Shown here: piece after piece, positions 1-12,307 of the stretch
Position numbering within the stretch: position 1 is the first letter of the stretch
Layout of the letters: the number at the start of each line of letters is the position of its first letter
DNA from: Gemmatimonadota bacterium
Lineage (GTDB): Bacteria > Gemmatimonadota > Gemmatimonadetes > Gemmatimonadales > GWC2-71-9
DNA length: 64,000 nucleotides
Direction of reading: 5' to 3'
NCBI GenBank assembly: GCA_003222195.1
Contig: QHVB01000034.1
Coordinates: 12,974-76,973 of the forward strand
Made by a program: the position numbers and the translations under genes
Notes under the pieces: generated by a model
Told to the model about the DNA's origin: nothing
Seen by the model: the letters and a program-made list of their open reading frames with translations, nothing else
Database searches by the model: none

Positions 1-201
1 GGGGCGGGTGGCGAGCCGCCGCAACGAGCCATCGCCACGGGCCAGTATGTCGGCGGCCACAGCGAGGGCGTCCCTGCCCCGGGTGCCCGTCCCTAAGAGA
101 ATGGCCAAGAGCTCTTGCCCAGTCAACGCGGCCGGCCCAATGGCCCAGAAACGCTCGCGAGGACGGTCATGTTCGAGGTGCTCGGAAAGGCGCAGCGGCA
201 T
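1..201 (-). CDS. radC: RadC/UPF0758-family protein, N-terminal part (gene runs off the left edge)
   Basis: Edge-truncated ORF not in the track. ATG is the complement of 199-201. Translation MPLRLSEHLEHDRPRERFWAIGPAALTGQELLAILLGTGTRGRDALAVAADILARGDGSLRRLA fits the conserved RadC N-terminal pattern (RPRER..G...L...ELLAILL.TG). Confidence 0.65.
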   Translation of the reverse strand, partial: MPLRLSEHLEHDRPRERFWAIGPAALTGQELLAILLGTGTRGRDALAVAADILARGDGSLRRLATRP

Positions 202-369
202 GGGAAAACAGTAGGGCACTGCGCCGGTTCGACATAGCCAGAATTACGCCCTCCGGCACCTAACGGCCGGTCCAGTCCGGAGCGATCATTGCAGTGCCAC
301 CCCGTGCCTTGCTCATCCATCCACGAGGCGACGCCTTCCCCAGCCGTCCTACCCCTTCGTGGAGGCATC

Positions 370-918
370 ATGCCGATCGCGCGAATCCCGGTGGCAGTTT
401 CCCTGATCGCCCTGACCAGCGCGTTGATGGCCTGTACCGCCGAGCCAGATCCTGTTGCCCCAAGTGTCTCGGCGGGCGCCCCAGCGAACGCTCTCATCAG
501 CGCAAGTAGCTGGGGACCGGAAACGCCGCCGTTCAACGATGAGGTCATCCTGCGCGACGTAACCGGCAACGGTGGTTTCGGGCACGTCAAATTCCGCCAA
601 CCCAACGACGCCGACAGAATCGTGAATCTGGATACCTGGGTGCGAGACCTGGAGCCCAACGCGACGTATCGGTTGCAACGCGCGACGGACACGGCCATTA
701 ACGATGACTGCACCGGGACGAACTGGCTGACGCTGGGAAGAGGTACGGCACCGCAGGTGATCACGACGGACTGGCGGGGCACCGGTCGCGCAGACCTATT
801 CCGCAACCTCGGCACCACCGCCATTGGTTCGACGTTCGACATTCATTTTCGTGTGATCGACGCCAGCGGAGCCGTCGTCTTGGAGAGCAGCTGTTACCAG
901 TTCGTAGTCACGCAATAA
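370..918 (+). CDS. Secreted lipoprotein, function unknown
   Basis: Internal ATG of ORF 289..918, preceded by GGAGG 6 nt upstream. N-terminus MPIARIPVAVSLIALTSALMAC has a signal peptide plus lipobox Cys. No family recognised. Confidence 0.7.
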   Translation: MPIARIPVAVSLIALTSALMACTAEPDPVAPSVSAGAPANALISASSWGPETPPFNDEVILRDVTGNGGFGHVKFRQPNDADRIVNLDTWVRDLEPNATYRLQRATDTAINDDCTGTNWLTLGRGTAPQVITTDWRGTGRADLFRNLGTTAIGSTFDIHFRVIDASGAVVLESSCYQFVVTQ

Positions 919-937
919 TCGCGGGAGAACAAGAACT

Positions 938-961
938 CGGGGCACGGCATGCCGCGCCCCG
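938..961 (+). terminator. Putative intrinsic terminator hairpin after the lipoprotein gene
   Basis: cggggcAcggcatgccgCgccccg is a GC-rich imperfect palindrome 20 nt after the stop at 916-918, followed by atgttatt. The U-tract is weak. Confidence 0.45.
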
Positions 962-984
962 ATGTTATTCCCACCTCTGTCCAG

Positions 985-1181
985 CTAGGCCCCCGCGCCA
1001 TGGCATTTCATGAATTTCTTGCCGCTGCCGCACGGGCACGGCGAGGGCGTCCTGCCCGCGTGTGCCTGTTCCTAGGAGAATGGCCAGGAGCTCCTGCCCC
1101 GTCAACGCGCCCGGCCCAACGGCCCAGAAACGCTCGCGCGGACGGTCATGTTCGAGGTGCTCGGAAAAGACGCAGCGGCAT
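985..1181 (-). pseudogene. Gene relic: frameshifted copy of the radC 5' end (1041..1181) abutting an 18-codon SEC-C motif tail (985..1041)
   Basis: Minus strand from ATG 1179-1181 reads MPLRLFRAPRT*, carrying one extra T relative to copy A. With the shift it continues SEHLEHDRPRERFWAVGPGALTGQELLAILLGTGTRGQDALA. In the +1 frame, 985-1041 encodes PCPCGSGKKFMKCHGAGA*, nearly the SecA C-terminal zinc motif. Confidence 0.6.
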
Positions 1182-1423
1182 GGGCGAAGCTAGTCGCAGC
1201 GGTGTCGCCTCCGCGTACCCCGACAACGCCGGCCAAAGCCCCTTATCGCAACCCCATGCGACGGCGGAGAGCCCGAAACCGCGGGTGAAGAGCCATGACT
1301 CCCGGGGAAGGCCCCTAACCGGGGTTCCATTTTGGAGCGATCATTATCGTGCCACCCCGTGCCTGCCGACCGATCCACGAAGCGACGTCTACGACTCTCC
1401 CCTAACCTCGTGGAGGAACGATG
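1041..1423. repeat. Copy B of a duplicated upstream module (copy A = 62..372)
   Basis: 62-204 versus 1041-1184 align over about 145 nt at roughly 85-90% identity by eye. Conserved blocks are ggagcgatcatt...gtgccaccccgtgcc (279-308 / 1334-1363) and ccacga..gcgacg...tcgtggagg..atg (321-372 / 1374-1423). Copy B has about 75 extra nt in the middle. Confidence 0.8.
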
Positions 1424-2677
1424 CCCTCTAGATTCGCAGTCTTCGCTGCAGCCCTGGCCATCCTCGCGGCGTGTACCGACCATGCTCCCGCACCGACCGG
1501 CTTCGACCTGTCCGCGTCGCGTAGCGGCCTCCCGTTCACCGTAGGTCTCGCAAGCCCGGCATGGCAGGCGAGGGCGGCCGCCCTTGTTACCCAAGCGGGC
1601 TTTAACCCCCAAACTGCAACGCACGCGTATCCCCTGCTGGGTGTCGCGCAGTATGTAGCCGTGCAACGGGCGGAAGCCGCCGACGGTGGCACGGACGCCG
1701 AAGACCTGGCCTCCGGGATCGGGATCGGGCGCGGCGGGCGCAACCGCCTCGAGATGGATCGCGGCGCGGTCGCGGGCGCGTCGGCGGTTGTGCTCACGTA
1801 CCTGTTCCCCAGCCAGGCTCAGGCGTTGGAGGATCTGGTCACGACGCAGGCGAACGCCAGCCCCGGAGGGCCGCACCCTGCATTCGCGCAAGGTGAAGCG
1901 ATCGGTCGCGCGGTCGGTGCCGAGATCGTTGCGCGAGCGCAGACTGACGGTTTCAGCCGCGCGTTTACCGGTACCATTCCAACGGGCCCCGGGTTCTGGA
2001 TCAGCAACACCACCAACCCGGCGACGATCGCGGGCGGGCAGCTGCCGGGGGTGACCCCCTGGTTCCTGAACTCCGCGAGCCAGTTCCGGCCGGGGCCACC
2101 GCCGGCGTTTGGGTCTGCGGCGTTCGTGACGGCGCGCGACGAAATCCGCCAGCTCTCCGACAGCCGCACGGCCGGCCAGATAGGGATCGCCACCTTCTGG
2201 GCGCTGAGCACCGGTACGCCGACCACGGCCGGGTACTGGATCCAGGTTGGCACCGACGGCATCAATGCGCACGCCCTATCTGAGCGTGAAGCCACCCATC
2301 TCTACGCCCTGCTCAGCGCGACGATGTTCGACGCGCAGATCGGTTGCTGGGACGCGAAGGAGACGTACTGGTTCATCCGCCCGTGGCAGGCGGACGCGCT
2401 GATCACAGTCGTCGCCGCCGTCGGAAAACCCAACCACCCATCATATCCCTCCGGCCACAGCTGCCTCTCCGCATCGGGGGCGGAGGTGCTGAGCACGTTC
2501 TTTCCCGAGCAGCGCGCGCAGTTGGACGCGAAGGTCACCGAGGCGGGGCTGTCGCGGATGTACGGCGGGATTCACTACCGCTTCGACATCGACTCGGGAC
2601 AAGCGCTGGGACGCAATGTCGCGCACTTCACGATCGCGGCAGACGCAGCGGGAAATTCGGTGCTGACGCCACACTAG
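1421..2677 (+). CDS. PAP2-superfamily / vanadium-haloperoxidase-like lipoprotein
   Basis: Signal peptide plus lipobox (MPSRFAVFAAALAILAAC). C-terminal acid-phosphatase motifs are FIRPWQ, YPSGHS and SRMYGGIHYRFD. GGAGG lies upstream of the ATG. Confidence 0.8.
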   Translation: MPSRFAVFAAALAILAACTDHAPAPTGFDLSASRSGLPFTVGLASPAWQARAAALVTQAGFNPQTATHAYPLLGVAQYVAVQRAEAADGGTDAEDLASGIGIGRGGRNRLEMDRGAVAGASAVVLTYLFPSQAQALEDLVTTQANASPGGPHPAFAQGEAIGRAVGAEIVARAQTDGFSRAFTGTIPTGPGFWISNTTNPATIAGGQLPGVTPWFLNSASQFRPGPPPAFGSAAFVTARDEIRQLSDSRTAGQIGIATFWALSTGTPTTAGYWIQVGTDGINAHALSEREATHLYALLSATMFDAQIGCWDAKETYWFIRPWQADALITVVAAVGKPNHPSYPSGHSCLSASGAEVLSTFFPEQRAQLDAKVTEAGLSRMYGGIHYRFDIDSGQALGRNVAHFTIAADAAGNSVLTPH

Positions 2678-2693
2678 AAAATCAGTCGAAATG

Positions 2694-2723
2694 TGTAGGG
2701 GCGCAGCATGCTGCGCCCCTACA
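2694..2723. terminator. Bidirectional terminator hairpin between convergent PAP2 gene and secA
   Basis: Perfect 30-nt palindrome tgtaggggcgcagcatgctgcgcccctaca in the 72-nt convergent gap. Confidence 0.7.
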
Positions 2724-2749
2724 TGATCCACATTAGATCCCTGTTTGCT

Positions 2750-6046
<3,297 letters not shown>

Positions 6047-6053
6047 TACACCT

Positions 6054-6626
6054 CTAGCGATACAGCCCGTGGGTCGCGATGTATTCGCGGACCGCGTCGG
6101 GGACTAAATATCGAATGGAACGTCCTTGTTTGACGCGTTCGCGCACCTGCGTGGCAGATACGTCGATCGACGGCACCGGGATGACCCGCGCAATCAGGGG
6201 GTGACGGACCACGCTCGCACCCGGCCGCGCGAAGACGACGACATCGGCAAGTGCTGGGAGTGCTTCGACTTCCCACCAGTCGGCAAGATCGCGCGCGGCG
6301 TCCGCCCCTAGCAACAACGTGTAGCGGTTCCCCTTTCCGGACGCGCGCTCGCTCAAGGCGCGGAGCGTCCGGACTGTGTAGGAAGGAGTGGGCAGCCCCA
6401 ATTCGACGCGCTCCACCGCCAGCCGGGGATTGCCTGTCACGGCCAGGTCCAGCATGTCCGCGCGCTGCTCGGGGCTGGCCTGGTGCGCGGCACGCTTGAA
6501 AGGCTGCTCGCGAGCCGGCAGGAAGCGCACAGCCACCCCCAGCGCATCCGCCGCCGCTTCCGCCACGATCAAATGCGCGACGTGCACGGGGTCGAACGAT
6601 CCCCCGAACAACGCCCCTCCGTTCAC
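6054..6626 (-). CDS. nadD: Nicotinate-nucleotide adenylyltransferase
   Basis: GGSFDPVHVAHL (the (H/T)xGH-type motif), about 190 aa. GTG at 6626 chosen because the upstream ORF (bamD) ends at 6632. The long ORF-track start at 6746 would overlap bamD. Confidence 0.8.
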   Translation of the reverse strand: MNGGALFGGSFDPVHVAHLIVAEAAADALGVAVRFLPAREQPFKRAAHQASPEQRADMLDLAVTGNPRLAVERVELGLPTPSYTVRTLRALSERASGKGNRYTLLLGADAARDLADWWEVEALPALADVVVFARPGASVVRHPLIARVIPVPSIDVSATQVRERVKQGRSIRYLVPDAVREYIATHGLYR

Positions 6627-6631
6627 GCCGG

Positions 6632-7426
6632 TCAGTGACTCGCGGGCGTCGACGGCGTGGAGGGCGTCGCGCCGGAGTTGGGCGCGGCGGGACAGCTTCG
6701 ATCGATGCCCTTCGCGTTGGGGTAGAAGCGCCGCAGGTGCTCGCACGTCTCGTCCAGCTCCTGCGTGTATTTGATCGCGCGATAGCTGTCGACCAACCGG
6801 AGCAACGCGTCAGGGGCGCGCGCCGTATTGGGATAATTCGCGATCACATCCTTGAAATAGATGATGGCGGAATCGAAGGCTTTGCGCCGCATGTAAAAGA
6901 TTCCGGTCTTGTACGTCTTCTCGGCGAACTCATTCTCGAGTCGGCGCACATGCACCCGCGCGCGCGAGGCGGCGTCGCTCTCGGGAAAGCGCCCCGCCAG
7001 CTCCTGATAAATCGCCAGCGCAGTCTCCCCGTAGGAGGGATCGAGTTCGGGACGGCGCCACAGCCGCAGGTTCGCGTCGCCCGCTCTGAGCAGCGCCAGC
7101 GGTGCGTACTCCGTCGTCGAGAACTCGTCGGCAACCTTACGGAAGTCGCTGGCGGCCTGCACGTAGTCGCCCATCTGGAACGAGCACTCGGCCATGTAAT
7201 AGCGAATCTGCGCTAGCTCGGGTCGCCCCGGATCGAGCTCGAACGTCAAGCGCTGCAGAATCGCCAGCGCGCGGCGAAAATCGCCATGGTGGAACAGATC
7301 CATGGCACGCGTGAGCTCCACATCCGGTTGCACGACCGGCGCAACGTGCGGCCGGTGGTGGCACGCAGCCAGGCCACCGAGCGCCATGCCGAGCAGCAGT
7401 ATGCCGATCGTCCGTCGCATCCTCAT
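6632..7426 (-). CDS. bamD: Outer membrane protein assembly lipoprotein BamD/YfiO
   Basis: Lipoprotein signal (LLLGMALGGLAAC). TPR-like repeats and the typical BamD C-terminal region (AEKTYKTGIFYMRRKAFDSAIIYFKDVIANYPNT..APDALLRLVDSY). Confidence 0.8.
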   Translation of the reverse strand: MRMRRTIGILLLGMALGGLAACHHRPHVAPVVQPDVELTRAMDLFHHGDFRRALAILQRLTFELDPGRPELAQIRYYMAECSFQMGDYVQAASDFRKVADEFSTTEYAPLALLRAGDANLRLWRRPELDPSYGETALAIYQELAGRFPESDAASRARVHVRRLENEFAEKTYKTGIFYMRRKAFDSAIIYFKDVIANYPNTARAPDALLRLVDSYRAIKYTQELDETCEHLRRFYPNAKGIDRSCPAAPNSGATPSTPSTPASH

Positions 7427-8319
7427 TCCGGTTCAGCCTTCCCTAACGCGTTGAGCTTCTCCTGGGCACGCTGCGAAATCGTATCGCCGGGCGTCCCCCC
7501 CGCGAGCGCCTGCTGGTAGCTCTCCATCGCGCCGGCGATATCGCCCTGTGCGAGCCGCACGTCGCCGAGACCCAGGAACGCGCCGCGGACCACGTCCGGA
7601 GGCGCGCCAGGGGCGGTGGCGCGACGGAACCAGGCTTCCGCATCGGCGGGGTGTCCCTGTTCGAGCGCGATCTGTCCTTGGACGAGGGCGCACAGGCCCA
7701 GCCCTTCCCGCGCCCGCTCGACGACCACCGGCGCCCGCTGGCGCCGGACGACGCCCTCGAAGACGCGCACCGCCGTACTACAGTCCCTGACTCGGACCAA
7801 CGTCATTCCGTATGCGAACAGTAGCGAGTCAGCTCGCGCGGCGTCGACGGCGGACGCCGCGGCCACGGGCAACAAGGCCCTCGCCTCCGCGGTGTCGCCG
7901 CGGTCGACGGCGTCGAGCGCCGCCAGAACGACATAGCGCCCGAGGGGCCTGCGCGGGGCGACCTCCCGCAACCCCGTCAGGGCGTTGGCGAGGGCGGTGC
8001 GGTCATTGGCGGCCAGAGCGGCGCGCGCCACACGATCGAGGCCGTCGCCAGCTTCTTCGGCCCGCGAGCGATCGCGCTTGGCGAGTTCGCGGTAGGATTC
8101 GGCGGCCAGCTCGTAATCCTCCGCGTGCATCGCGGCGGCGCCTGCTTTGGCCAGGAGGTCCGCGCTCCCGGCGTTCGACTTGAGACCCAACTGGTATTCC
8201 GCGAGCGCATCGGCATACGAGCCCGCGGCGTACGCGCGATCGCCGAGCTCTTCATGGTTCGCCGCAGAACGAGTGCATGCCAGCGCAATCACCAGCACAA
8301 CGGGCGAGAACCGTCTCAC
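7423..8319 (-). CDS. TPR-repeat lipoprotein
   Basis: GTG at 8319 overlaps the upstream stop (GTGA). MRRFSPVVLVIALAC lipobox. Ala/Arg-rich TPR-like repeats. Confidence 0.65.
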   Translation of the reverse strand: MRRFSPVVLVIALACTRSAANHEELGDRAYAAGSYADALAEYQLGLKSNAGSADLLAKAGAAAMHAEDYELAAESYRELAKRDRSRAEEAGDGLDRVARAALAANDRTALANALTGLREVAPRRPLGRYVVLAALDAVDRGDTAEARALLPVAAASAVDAARADSLLFAYGMTLVRVRDCSTAVRVFEGVVRRQRAPVVVERAREGLGLCALVQGQIALEQGHPADAEAWFRRATAPGAPPDVVRGAFLGLGDVRLAQGDIAGAMESYQQALAGGTPGDTISQRAQEKLNALGKAEPE

Positions 8320-9107
8320 TTCTTTTTCTTCTTTCGTGCCGGGGGGGGGGAATCGTCGGGGGCCTCGAGGCCGTCGGCGTTTGCGCCCGCGGAAACGGGC
8401 GCGACGTCGGACGCCGACAGGAGCGCCAGATAGGCTTCGACGCGCGGATCCTCGGGCCGCCGAGCCCGCAGCTCCTCCCAGACGGCCCGCGCCGCCAGCC
8501 CGTCGCCCGCGAGGTAGCACGCCATTCCCAGCATCGCGGCGGCATCGAGAAACGACGGTCGCTCGCGCACGATCGTCTGGAAATGCTCATGCGCTTCGAG
8601 CGTGCGGCCGGCTTCGAGCAGCATGCGCCCCAACTTGTACCGCAGGTCGTGAAAACCGGGACCGAGCGTCAGTGCCGCCTCGTACTGGGCGATCGCCTCG
8701 CTGAGCCCGCCCGCTTCGTAATACGCCTGCCCGAGCACCGCGTGCTGGTTCGCCAGCTTCGCCGCGACATGGCCGTGGAAGCCTGCGCGCCGCTCCGAGG
8801 TCACCTGGCGGGCGCGCCGCAGCACGGTGTTCGCTTCCTCTTCGCGACCCAGCTCGTTCAGCACGAGCGCCCGATGAATCAGGGCCTCGATGTAATTGGG
8901 GTTCAGCGCCAGAGCGCGATCGAGCTGCTCCAACGCCTTGTCCGGCTGCCCCGCGAGCGAATACGACAGACCCAGCAGGTGGTGCGCGTCCGCAAACGCG
9001 CGGCCCGTCGCGACGACCTCCTCGAGAAGATGAATCGCGCCGTAATAGTCCTGCAGCTGAAAGCGTTCGTTAGCCTGCTCGACCAGACGTTCGGGACTGA
9101 CGTCCAT
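8316..9107 (-). CDS. TPR-repeat protein with oligo-lysine C-terminus
   Basis: ATG at 9107 ([31 protein letters not shown]). Multiple canonical TPR units. Ends PPPARKKKKK. Confidence 0.7.
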   Translation of the reverse strand: MDVSPERLVEQANERFQLQDYYGAIHLLEEVVATGRAFADAHHLLGLSYSLAGQPDKALEQLDRALALNPNYIEALIHRALVLNELGREEEANTVLRRARQVTSERRAGFHGHVAAKLANQHAVLGQAYYEAGGLSEAIAQYEAALTLGPGFHDLRYKLGRMLLEAGRTLEAHEHFQTIVRERPSFLDAAAMLGMACYLAGDGLAARAVWEELRARRPEDPRVEAYLALLSASDVAPVSAGANADGLEAPDDSPPPARKKKKK

Positions 9108-10056
9108 GGACCTCCTCATACCAGTCGACGAATTTGCGGATCCCTTCCTCGATCCCGACGCGCGGCTTGAAACCCAACACGCGTCCGGCGTGCGCCAGGT
9201 CGGCATCCGTGAGCCGCACGTCACCTGGCTGATCGGGGTGGCGCTCGATGTGCGCTTCCCGACCCAGCGCCTCGGCGATCAGCGCGATCAACCGGTCGAG
9301 ACGCACGCGCTCGCCGCCGCCCAGGTTGACCGTCTCGATCGCCCCCTGCGCCGCGCCGGCGGTCCATTCCAGCGCGGCCAGGATGCCGTCGAGGCAGTCG
9401 GTAATATAGGTATAGTCGCGCTCGCTCGACCCGTCCCCATGCATCCGCACCGGGCGGCCCCGGGCGATCAGATCGGTAAATTTGTGGATTGCCAGATCGG
9501 GACGCTGCCGCGGCCCATACACCGTGAAAAACCGCAGGCAGATCATCTTGAGCGGATACAGGTGCGCGAAGGCATGGGCCAGCAATTCTCCCGCGCGCTT
9601 GCTGGCGGCATACGGCGAAATCGGCGAAACCGCCGGTTTGTCCTCCGCAAAGGGTGCGGGCGTCGCGTTGCCGTACACCGACGACGACGAGCCGAAGACG
9701 ATCCGGTTCAACCCGACGCGCCGCGCCGCATCGAACAGCCGCGCGGTCGCGGTGACGTTGGCGTCCATGTAGGACGCCGGATCCTCCAACGAGGGCCGTA
9801 CGCCGGCCTTGGCGGCCAAGTGGATCACCGCGTCGATGCCGTCCAGCGGCAGGGGATCGCGGGCGACATCCGCCTCGACGAATTGGAAGGCGGGAAGATT
9901 GCGCAGGCCCGCGAGGTTTCGCTCCTTCACTTCACGCGCGTAAAACGGATCGAAATTGTCCACACCGGCCACTTCGTTCCCGCCTCGGATCAAGGCTTCG
10001 CACACATGTGAACCGATAAACCCGGCCGCGCCGGTGACGAGCACCCGCTGCGTCAC
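9070..10056 (-). CDS. NAD-dependent sugar-nucleotide epimerase (UDP-glucuronate 4-epimerase-like)
   Basis: [13 protein letters not shown] Rossmann motif, YAASK catalytic motif, [14 protein letters not shown] characteristic of the Cap1J/GlaKP-type subfamily. Confidence 0.75.
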   Translation of the reverse strand: MTQRVLVTGAAGFIGSHVCEALIRGGNEVAGVDNFDPFYAREVKERNLAGLRNLPAFQFVEADVARDPLPLDGIDAVIHLAAKAGVRPSLEDPASYMDANVTATARLFDAARRVGLNRIVFGSSSSVYGNATPAPFAEDKPAVSPISPYAASKRAGELLAHAFAHLYPLKMICLRFFTVYGPRQRPDLAIHKFTDLIARGRPVRMHGDGSSERDYTYITDCLDGILAALEWTAGAAQGAIETVNLGGGERVRLDRLIALIAEALGREAHIERHPDQPGDVRLTDADLAHAGRVLGFKPRVGIEEGIRKFVDWYEEVHGRQSRTSGRAG

Positions 10057-11006
10057 GTCGCGGCCGTTCGCTCGCGCGCGACCACCCCACGGAAGTATTC
10101 GATAGTCCGGCGCAGGCCCTCCTCCAGGCGAACCGTTGGCTCCCAGTCGAGCGTGCGCCGAGCGTACGAGATGTCCGGCTGTCGCACGCGCGGATCATCC
10201 ACGGGGAGCGGGCGCTGCACGATTTGGCTCTTGCTGCCGGTGAGCTGCAGGACGCGATCGGCGAGCTGGCGGACGGTGAATTCATGCGGGTTACCAAGGT
10301 TGGTCGGCTCGGGCGTGCCCCGCTCGAACAGCCGCACGATTCCCTCGATGAGGTCGTCCACGTAGCAGAACGAGCGGGTTTGCGAACCGTCGCCGTAGAT
10401 GGTCAGCGGCTCACCCCGCAGCGCCTGGACGATGAAGTTCGATACGACGCGGCCATCGTTGGGCCGCATCCGCGGACCGTAGGTGTTGAAGATGCGCACG
10501 ATCCGGGTGTCCAGGTCATGGTAGCGGTGATACGCCATCGTGAGCGCCTCGGCGAAACGCTTCGCCTCGTCGTACACACCGCGCGGTCCCACCGGATTCA
10601 CGTTGCCCCAATACGATTCCGGCTGCGGGTGAACGAGCGGATCGCCGTAGACTTCGGACGTCGACGCCAGGAGTAACCGTGCCTGCTTGGCGAGCGCGAG
10701 TCCCAGCGCCTTGTGTGTGCCCAGGGCGCCCACCTTGAGCGTCTGAATCGGCAATTCGAGGTAGTCCACGGGGCTGGCGGGACTCGCGAAATGGAGCACG
10801 CCGTCCAACGGGCCTTCCACTTCGATATACCGGGTGACGTCCTGATTAGCGAAGCGGAAGCGCGCATGTGAGCTCACGTGCTCGAGATTGGCCGGACTAC
10901 CCGTGATGAGATTGTCCATCCCCAGCACCTCGTACCCGAGCGCCAGGAACTTGTCGACGAGGTGTGAACCGAGAAATCCGGCCGCGCCCGTTACGAGGAC
11001 GCGCAT
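10053..11006 (-). CDS. UDP-glucuronate decarboxylase (UDP-xylose synthase)
   Basis: [50 protein letters not shown]. Start is the internal ATG at 11006, just after ugd ends. Confidence 0.85.
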   Translation of the reverse strand: MRVLVTGAAGFLGSHLVDKFLALGYEVLGMDNLITGSPANLEHVSSHARFRFANQDVTRYIEVEGPLDGVLHFASPASPVDYLELPIQTLKVGALGTHKALGLALAKQARLLLASTSEVYGDPLVHPQPESYWGNVNPVGPRGVYDEAKRFAEALTMAYHRYHDLDTRIVRIFNTYGPRMRPNDGRVVSNFIVQALRGEPLTIYGDGSQTRSFCYVDDLIEGIVRLFERGTPEPTNLGNPHEFTVRQLADRVLQLTGSKSQIVQRPLPVDDPRVRQPDISYARRTLDWEPTVRLEEGLRRTIEYFRGVVARERTAAT

Positions 11007-12307
11007 CCGAGCGGGCGGCCGATACTGTCGTAGGTAAACCCGAGCCGGCCCAGCTTGACGGGATCGTAGAGATTCCGCCCATCCACGATCAGCGGCCGGT
11101 TCAGGAGGCGCTTGATTCTGGCAAAGTCGGGGTTGCGGTATTCCAGCCACTCCGTGACGATCGCGAGCGCGTCCGCGCCGCTCAGGGCGTCGTACGCATG
11201 CTCGGCATACTTGACGCGGCTGCCGAGGGAGCGCGCCGCCGATTTCATTGCGGCCGGATCGTGCACCTGCACCTTGGCGCCGGCGCAGAGCAGCGCTTCG
11301 ATCAACACGAGCGCCGGACTTTCGCGCACGTCATCCGTTTCGGCTTTGAACGCGAGCCCCCACACCGCGATGGTCCGCTGGTGCAAATCACCCACATGCT
11401 CGCGCAGCTTCTCGAAGAGCACCTGCTTCTGTGCATCGTTCGCCTTCTCGACGGCGTCGAGAATGTCGAGCGCAACATGCTGATCGGCGCCGGCGCGAAT
11501 CAGCGCCTTGACGTCCTTGGGGAAGCAGGATCCGCCGTACCCCGGACCGGGAAAGAGAAACGCCTGGCCGATCCGCCGGTCAGTGCCGATGCCGCGCCGG
11601 ACTTGGGTCACGTCGGCACCCACGGCTTCGCACAGGCGCGCGATCTGGTTCATGAACGAAATCCGCGTTGCGAGCATCGCGTTCGCGGCGTACTTCGTCA
11701 TTTCCGCCGACGGGATGTCCATCACGATCAACGGATTCCCGGTGCGCACGAACGGCGCGTACAGCTCTTCGATGACGTGGGCCGCTTCGGCGGAATCCAC
11801 GCCGACGACCACGCGGTCCGGCTTCATGAAATCGTCGACGGCCGCCCCCTCTTTCAAGAACTCGGGGTTCGAGCACACGTGGAATGGCGTGCGGGTCCGC
11901 TGCGCGATCTCGGCGCGGACCCTCTCCGCCGTTCCGACCGGGACGGTGCTCTTCGTGATGACCACTTTGGGCTCGTGCATGTGGTCGCCGATCGTGCGCG
12001 CCACCTCGAGCACGTGCTGCAGATCGGCCGAGCCGTCCTCGTCGGGTGGCGTGCCAACCGCAATGAAGACGATTTCGGAGCGCTCCACGGCGTCCGCCAC
12101 GTTCGCCGTGAAGATCAAGCGGCCGTCCCGTTGATTCCGCACGACCATGGGTTCGAGCCCAGGCTCGTAGATCGGCAGCTTATTCTGCTTGAGCGACCCG
12201 ATCTTGGCGACATCGACGTCGGCGCAAATCACTTCGTTGCCAGTCTCCGCGAGGCACGCACCCACGACGAGCCCGACGTACCCCGTGCCGACGACGGCTA
12301 CCTTCAC
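10991..12307 (-). CDS. ugd: UDP-glucose 6-dehydrogenase
   Basis: [31 protein letters not shown]-type catalytic Cys region ([10 protein letters not shown]), 438 aa. Confidence 0.9.
   Translation of the reverse strand: MKVAVVGTGYVGLVVGACLAETGNEVICADVDVAKIGSLKQNKLPIYEPGLEPMVVRNQRDGRLIFTANVADAVERSEIVFIAVGTPPDEDGSADLQHVLEVARTIGDHMHEPKVVITKSTVPVGTAERVRAEIAQRTRTPFHVCSNPEFLKEGAAVDDFMKPDRVVVGVDSAEAAHVIEELYAPFVRTGNPLIVMDIPSAEMTKYAANAMLATRISFMNQIARLCEAVGADVTQVRRGIGTDRRIGQAFLFPGPGYGGSCFPKDVKALIRAGADQHVALDILDAVEKANDAQKQVLFEKLREHVGDLHQRTIAVWGLAFKAETDDVRESPALVLIEALLCAGAKVQVHDPAAMKSAARSLGSRVKYAEHAYDALSGADALAIVTEWLEYRNPDFARIKRLLNRPLIVDGRNLYDPVKLGRLGFTYDSIGRPLGCASS

Noticed and set aside
123-842. 239-aa minus-strand ORF opposite the first lipoprotein gene
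   Set aside because: Antisense shadow ORF. The plus-strand gene has an SD, a signal peptide and a lipobox.
949-2272. ORFs 949..1431 (+) and 1190..2272 (-)
   Set aside because: The first covers the radC/SEC-C relic and the leader and has no coding signature. The second is antisense to the PAP2-like gene.
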